Origin: an uncultured Chitinophagales bacterium
GTDB taxonomy: Bacteria; Bacteroidota; Rhodothermia; Balneolales; CAYWCV01
DNA: 20,990 nucleotides
Reading direction: 5' to 3'
NCBI GenBank assembly: GCA_964640035.1
Contig: CAZXGO010000009.1
Span: 2,413-23,402 of the forward strand
Under the pieces are notes generated by a model, which was not told the origin of the DNA, did not search any database, and was given only the letters and a program-made list of their open reading frames with translations. Of the stretch, positions 17,501-20,990 are shown piece after piece. The translations under genes and the position numbers were made by a program. Positions within the stretch are counted from its first letter, which is position 1. The number at the start of each line of letters is the position of its first letter.

Positions 17501-20150
17501 AGCTTAGGTCCGGAATAGGATTTCCGATGATGCTGCTGCCATTTCGGACATCCTGCTCGGTGATTTCATGCCAGGTAACATGAACCGTAGTTTCAGTAAT
17601 GCCATACATGTTTACCAATCGAGGTGAGGAATACCCATGACGTTGAAACCATCCATCCAGACTTTTTATATCAAGCGCCTCCCCTCCGAAAATAACCCAT
17701 CTGAGCATGGATAATGAATTTCCTGAGCGTCGATCCACTTCAGCTAATTGGGCAAAAGCTGAAGGAGTTTGGTTGAGTACCGATACGTTCTCTTCAACCA
17801 ATAGCTTGTAAAATGCATCTGTTTGACGTGCTATTTCTTTTGGTACCAAAACCAAGGTACCCCCATATAGGAGTGCGCCAAATATCTCCCAAACGGAAAA
17901 ATCAAAGGCATACGAGTGGAAAAGCGTCCAAATATCAGTATGGTCAAATCTATAATACGATTCAGTACATCGAAACAATCGGATGACATTAGCATGTGAC
18001 ACCTCTACACCCTTAGGCAAACCTGTTGACCCAGAGGTATAAATGATGTAGGCTGTGTCTTCCGGAATCCCCACATTAATGGCTGGTTGGATCCTGTTAT
18101 CGTGCTCACTAAGTTCATTTAGAATCTCAGGGACGCAGATATTAGTTTGTCCGCTAGAGGGTAATCCTGATCTGGATACCTCGTCAGTGAGTACGATCTT
18201 CAGCTCCGCGTCTTCGATCATAAAGGACAACCGATCAATAGGATAGACAGGATCCAGTGGAACATAGGAAGCTCCAACCTTTAAAATGGCCCATATCGAA
18301 GCAACTAAATCGGGACTACGCTCCATGAATACCCCAACCCGATGCTGCCTTCCTATTCCATGATGGCTTAAAACTTCAGCCAGGATAGTTGAGCGTTGAT
18401 GCAACCATTGGTAGGTGTAGGAATTTCCATCGTAGCGCAGCGCAGTGTGTTGTGAATACTTTTCTGCAGCATGCGCTAAGAGCTCTTGTAATGTTTCATT
18501 AACTGGGTAGGTTTGTCCAGCACCTCTGAGTGATAGCAGTTCCTGAAGCTCTAATTTAGTGGTGAAGGGAATCTGGTGAACCGGTACTTCAGGTTGGGAG
18601 ATGAGTCCTTTTAGTAAAGCAATAAAATGACCCGACATTCGCTGAATCGTTTCTCGATCAAAAAGTTCAGTGTTATATCGAAACCTTCCGTGAATTTGTG
18701 ATCCAGACTCCTCCATAGATAAGACTAGATCGAAGGGAGCTTTGCTGTTTTCGGGCTCCATCTCTATAAGTTCAAGGCCACCTGAGCGAAACTCAGATGA
18801 TGGGGCATTTTGCAATGCAAATAAGACCTGAAACAACGGAGTATGAGTGAGCGATCTGGTAACATTTAGAGCCTGAAGAAGCTCATCAAAAGGCACTTCT
18901 CCATGTTCAAAAGCTTGAATCGACATCGCCCGTACACGTTGTAAAAGCTGAAGAAAATCGGGTGATTCGGTTAAATCAACCCTCATGGGAAGAGTGTTTA
19001 GAAAGAGTCCAACAAGTGGCTCCGTATCAGGATGGGGTCGTACAGAAATGGGAGAGCCAATGAGTATATCATCCTGACGGCTGTAGCGAGATAGTAGTAC
19101 GGCAAACACAGACAAGAGCACCATGTAAGGTGTCGTAGAAGTTTTAGAAGCCAACAACCGTAGGGTTTTAGTCTCTGATGCCTCAAGAGTAAAAGCACAC
19201 GTATTCCCGTGAAAAGACTGCATTCGAGGTCTGGGTCGATCAGTAGGCAACTCCAGAAAGTGTGGCGCGCCTGATAGAACTCTTTTCCAGTGATGAATGC
19301 TACGCTGAATACGGTATGCATCCATATAACAGCGCTCCCATAGAGCAAACTGACCATAATGAATATCGATGGGCTTCAATGGGTTTGATTTACCCGTCAT
19401 CTTTTCCTCGTACAGCGTAGATACCTCCGCTACGAGATTTCCCAGTGACCATCCATCCGCACAAATATGATGAAGGGTTAAAATGAGTATATGCCGAAGA
19501 TCGCTACATCGGATCACACCTACCCGAATGAGTGGATCTCCCTTTGTAAGATTAAAGGGCCGCTCCCCCTCTTCCAGAATAATCGTTTGGATACGCTTGG
19601 AATCTTCACCAGATTCAGACAGCTCATAGATGGAGAATGGGACTTCACCACCTTGATCAGGCCATTGTCTGGGTTCGTTATTTTTAAGCCCAAATTTTGT
19701 TGAAAGTCCGGTATGGCGATGAATTAAATCCTGAAAAACCGCCCTCAACACCTCCAGATTCAATGAACCCTTGGCTTCAAAAACAATTGGTAACATGTTG
19801 TATATCGGCGAGTTACCACCTGCCAATTGATCCAAAAACCAAAAACGCTGTTGAGCAAAACTTAAGGGGTATCCATCTTGATCTCTATGATGATCAGGAT
19901 ACAAGGTATTAAGCGACCTAAAAATGGGCTGTTCAAGGAGGTCCTGAGATTTTTTTTCGTGTTGAAGAATCCTTATAAGCTCTGCTTTATGACGTCTCAT
20001 CGCGTCAACTAAAGCCTCATCCATACTTCCTTTAGGAGCAGAATACCTTAGTTGATCATCTTCTAGGTAGAGCCTTATGCCTTTGGCTTGAACCTCAAAG
20101 AGAAGATCTAGTGCATTGGAATCGAATGCTTGGTAGCTTTCATTCAACAT
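11553..20150 (-). CDS. Bimodular non-ribosomal peptide synthetase with an N-terminal beta-hairpin docking domain and an embedded sulfotransferase. The order is dock-C-A-PCP-ST-C-A-PCP-TE.
   Basis: 2865 aa. The motifs are as follows. C1 has [10 protein letters not shown] and HHICADGW (aa 227). A1 has [63 protein letters not shown] and NGKVD. PCP1 has FFELGGDSI (Ser ~1107). ST has [21 protein letters not shown] (aa ~1198). C2 has [11 protein letters not shown] and MHHIVSDGW (aa 1654). A2 has [63 protein letters not shown] and NGKLD. PCP2 has FFELGGHSL (Ser ~2536). TE has GHSFGG (Ser ~2668). TGA stop. The start is 14 bp downstream of the upstream KR-carrier gene stop. Confidence 0.95.
   Translation of the reverse strand: [2865 protein letters not shown]
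11556..12383 (-). other. Terminal type I thioesterase (chain-release) domain.
   Basis: [15 protein letters not shown]…[15 protein letters not shown] (Ser codon at 12147-12149). The C-terminal [11 protein letters not shown] holds the catalytic His region. Confidence 0.8.
12441..12638 (-). other. Peptidyl carrier protein PCP2 (Ser codon at 12543-12545).
   Basis: [20 protein letters not shown]. Confidence 0.8.
12711..14207 (-). other. Adenylation domain A2 (approx. aa 1982-2480). The FDIAVLE signature is tentatively of the small/Gly type.
   Basis: A-domain cores are as listed for the parent CDS. Asp-Ile-Leu at the first three Stachelhaus positions resembles the Gly code DILQLGLIWK. The remaining code positions were not reliably extracted. 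Confidence 0.55.
14301..15593 (-). other. Condensation domain C2 (approx. aa 1520-1950).
   Basis: [14 protein letters not shown] and [12 protein letters not shown] (His codons at 15186-15191). Confidence 0.8.
15699..16583 (-). other. Embedded PAPS-dependent sulfotransferase domain of the CurM/olefin-synthase ST type (approx. aa 1190-1484), inserted between PCP1 and C2.
   Basis: [38 protein letters not shown] matches CurM ST …[30 protein letters not shown], the 5'-PSB loop. [20 protein letters not shown] matches [23 protein letters not shown] matches IHLVRHPYAVIESF, the 3'-PB region. The CurM strings are recalled from memory. The domain runs from ~KNKRAIF to …[11 protein letters not shown]. 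Confidence 0.8.
16731..16928 (-). other. Peptidyl carrier protein PCP1 (Ser codon at 16830-16832).
   Basis: [25 protein letters not shown]. Confidence 0.8.
17001..18488 (-). other. Adenylation domain A1 (approx. aa 555-1050). The FDFSVWE / [12 protein letters not shown] signature is tentatively of the Thr (hydroxy-amino-acid) type.
   Basis: A3, A4, A5, A8 and A10 cores are as listed for the parent CDS. The specificity guess comes from Asp-Phe-Trp at the first three Stachelhaus positions and the YGITETTVH motif, recalled as typical of Thr-activating domains. No predictor was run. Confidence 0.6.
18561..19898 (-). other. Condensation domain C1 (approx. aa 85-530).
   Basis: C1 motif [10 protein letters not shown] and C3 HHICADGWS. 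Confidence 0.8.
19956..20150 (-). other. NRPS N-terminal TubC-type beta-hairpin docking domain (aa 1-~65).
   Basis: [62 protein letters not shown] matches the betaHD pattern …L…gv.Lw.egd.LryrAPkG.l…l…l..hK.ell..L. Confidence 0.7.
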
Positions 20151-20164
20151 GAGACGTATTGAGC

Positions 20165-20990
20165 TTAAATGAATCCTTCATCTCGATCTTCACTTTGATT
20201 AGCGTTAGATAAGCTATCAATGTCAACCGCCATTTCGGCCACTGTTGGTTGTTCAAACAAACGGGAAAGCGTCAAATCGGCTTTAAAATGTCGGCGAATC
20301 AGCGCCACAAGTTGTGTGAGTAATAAAGAATTGCCTCCGAGTTCAAAGAAGCTGTCGTGAATACCAATTCCCTGAATTCCGAGGAGCTGCTCCCACAATT
20401 CTGTAAGTTTCTTTTGAGTAGTATTGGATGGCGCCGTATACAATCCTAAATGTTCGGGGCGGGGATGTGCATCCAGAACTTGAATTTGTAGCTCGGCCTG
20501 TTTCGATTTGCTCACCCACTGGGCTATGCGTGCATTGAGATCACCACTGGATATCACCAATCGTTCTACAGAAGGCATTTTTAGCAGATATTCAAAGGCC
20601 TGTATACCTTCAGAGGGCGTCATTCCCAATTCGGCTGCAGATGAGTTCGTATTGCCAGCTAAGGCATCAAGATCATCAAATATCCAGCCTTCCCAGTTGA
20701 TCGAGATCCATTTACCGGGTTGTTGCTGATTTAATATGGAAATTTTTGCATCGACAAGCGCATTCGTTGCAGCATATGCCGAAAAACCCAGTCCACCCAA
20801 AATGGGTGACAAGGAAGAGCAAACCAAGCAAAAGTCGAAGTCTATCTGAGCAAGTGCTTTTTCGATAACATCAAGGCCCTGAACTTTAGGGATAAACTGC
20901 CGGGAATTTTTCTCTTGTCCGTGCTCAGTCAAAGACTCGCTGATCGTGACAAAGGAATCCTCACCCACGATCAGCGAGTCTTTGACTGAG
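20165..20990 (-). CDS. C-terminal part of the upstream assembly-line protein (5' end off window). It has a ketoreductase domain, a PCP-like carrier protein and an acidic C-terminal docking tail.
   Basis: KR catalytic region CSSLSPILGGLGFSAYAATNALVDA…WISINWEGW. Carrier IHDSFFELGGNSLLLTQLVALIRRHFKADLTLSRLFEQPTVAEMA. C-terminus …NANQSEDRDEGFI, then TAA. The frame stays open to the window edge. The ORF-track start (GTG at 20968) is internal and the true N-terminus lies beyond 20990. Confidence 0.85.
   Translation of the reverse strand, partial: SVKDSLIVGEDSFVTISESLTEHGQEKNSRQFIPKVQGLDVIEKALAQIDFDFCLVCSSLSPILGGLGFSAYAATNALVDAKISILNQQQPGKWISINWEGWIFDDLDALAGNTNSSAAELGMTPSEGIQAFEYLLKMPSVERLVISSGDLNARIAQWVSKSKQAELQIQVLDAHPRPEHLGLYTAPSNTTQKKLTELWEQLLGIQGIGIHDSFFELGGNSLLLTQLVALIRRHFKADLTLSRLFEQPTVAEMAVDIDSLSNANQSEDRDEGFI
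20924..20990. repeat. Perfect 25-bp inverted repeat with a 17-nt spacer that ends exactly at the window boundary, inside the KR-coding sequence. 20924-20948 reads CTCAGTCAAAGACTCGCTGATCGTG and 20966-20990 reads CACGATCAGCGAGTCTTTGACTGAG.
   Basis: Verified by reverse-complementing base by base. The repeat could extend further outward past the window end. Confidence 0.8.

Noticed and set aside
11636-19912. Numerous 60-120-aa ORFs on both strands inside the NRPS gene (e.g. 11636-11833+, 13345-13962+, 14156-14894+, 15044-15538-, 18055-18246+, 18998-19357-, 19491-19912+).
   Set aside because: They are antisense or out-of-frame shadows of a 8.6-kb gene whose own frame carries every NRPS core motif. 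None has a recognisable domain or plausible start context.
1-20990. Searched by eye for CRISPR arrays, tRNA/rRNA genes, transposase/integrase genes and IS terminal inverted repeats.
   Set aside because: No regular repeat-spacer array, no tRNA-like cloverleaf-scale GC-rich segments in the intergenic regions and no transposase-like translation were found. The only long inverted repeat is the window-end hairpin, interpreted as an artefact.

Overview
The window reads as a Bacteroidetes-type chromosomal region, judged from the gene content at the left end. The left end (1-3.9 kb) carries ordinary genes: a partial DUF5686-like secreted protein with a CarboxypepD_reg domain, a prohibitin/SPFH protein and a membrane-anchored PotD-family polyamine-binding protein. 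From ~4.1 kb to the right edge lies what looks like one secondary-metabolite gene cluster. On the + strand it has a SyrD/PvdE-type fused cyclic-peptide ABC exporter and a small ribbon-helix-helix (RHH) protein. The remaining genes are on the - strand. At the right edge (20165-20990) is the truncated C-terminus of an upstream assembly-line protein, with a ketoreductase (KR) domain followed by a carrier protein. It ends in an acidic tail, 14 bp upstream of a 2865-aa bimodular NRPS (11553-20150). That NRPS is organised as TubC-type N-terminal docking domain, then C-A-PCP, a CurM-type PAPS sulfotransferase domain, C-A-PCP and a terminal thioesterase. After it come a type II thioesterase, a DUF697-like small protein, a cysteine-free secreted 407-aa protein, an Sfp-type phosphopantetheinyl transferase (PPTase) reading frame broken by a single in-frame TAG, a 52-aa two-TM mini-ORF, a second DUF697-like paralog and a probable outer-membrane beta-barrel protein. 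The embedded sulfotransferase sits between PCP1 and C2, not at the ACP-ST-TE terminus seen in curacin CurM and olefin synthase, and is the most unusual element in the window. No rRNA, tRNA, CRISPR array or transposase was recognised. The window ends in a 25-bp perfect inverted repeat that runs up to the boundary and looks like a contig-end artefact. All calls rest on reading the six-frame translations and recognising motifs. No database search was possible.
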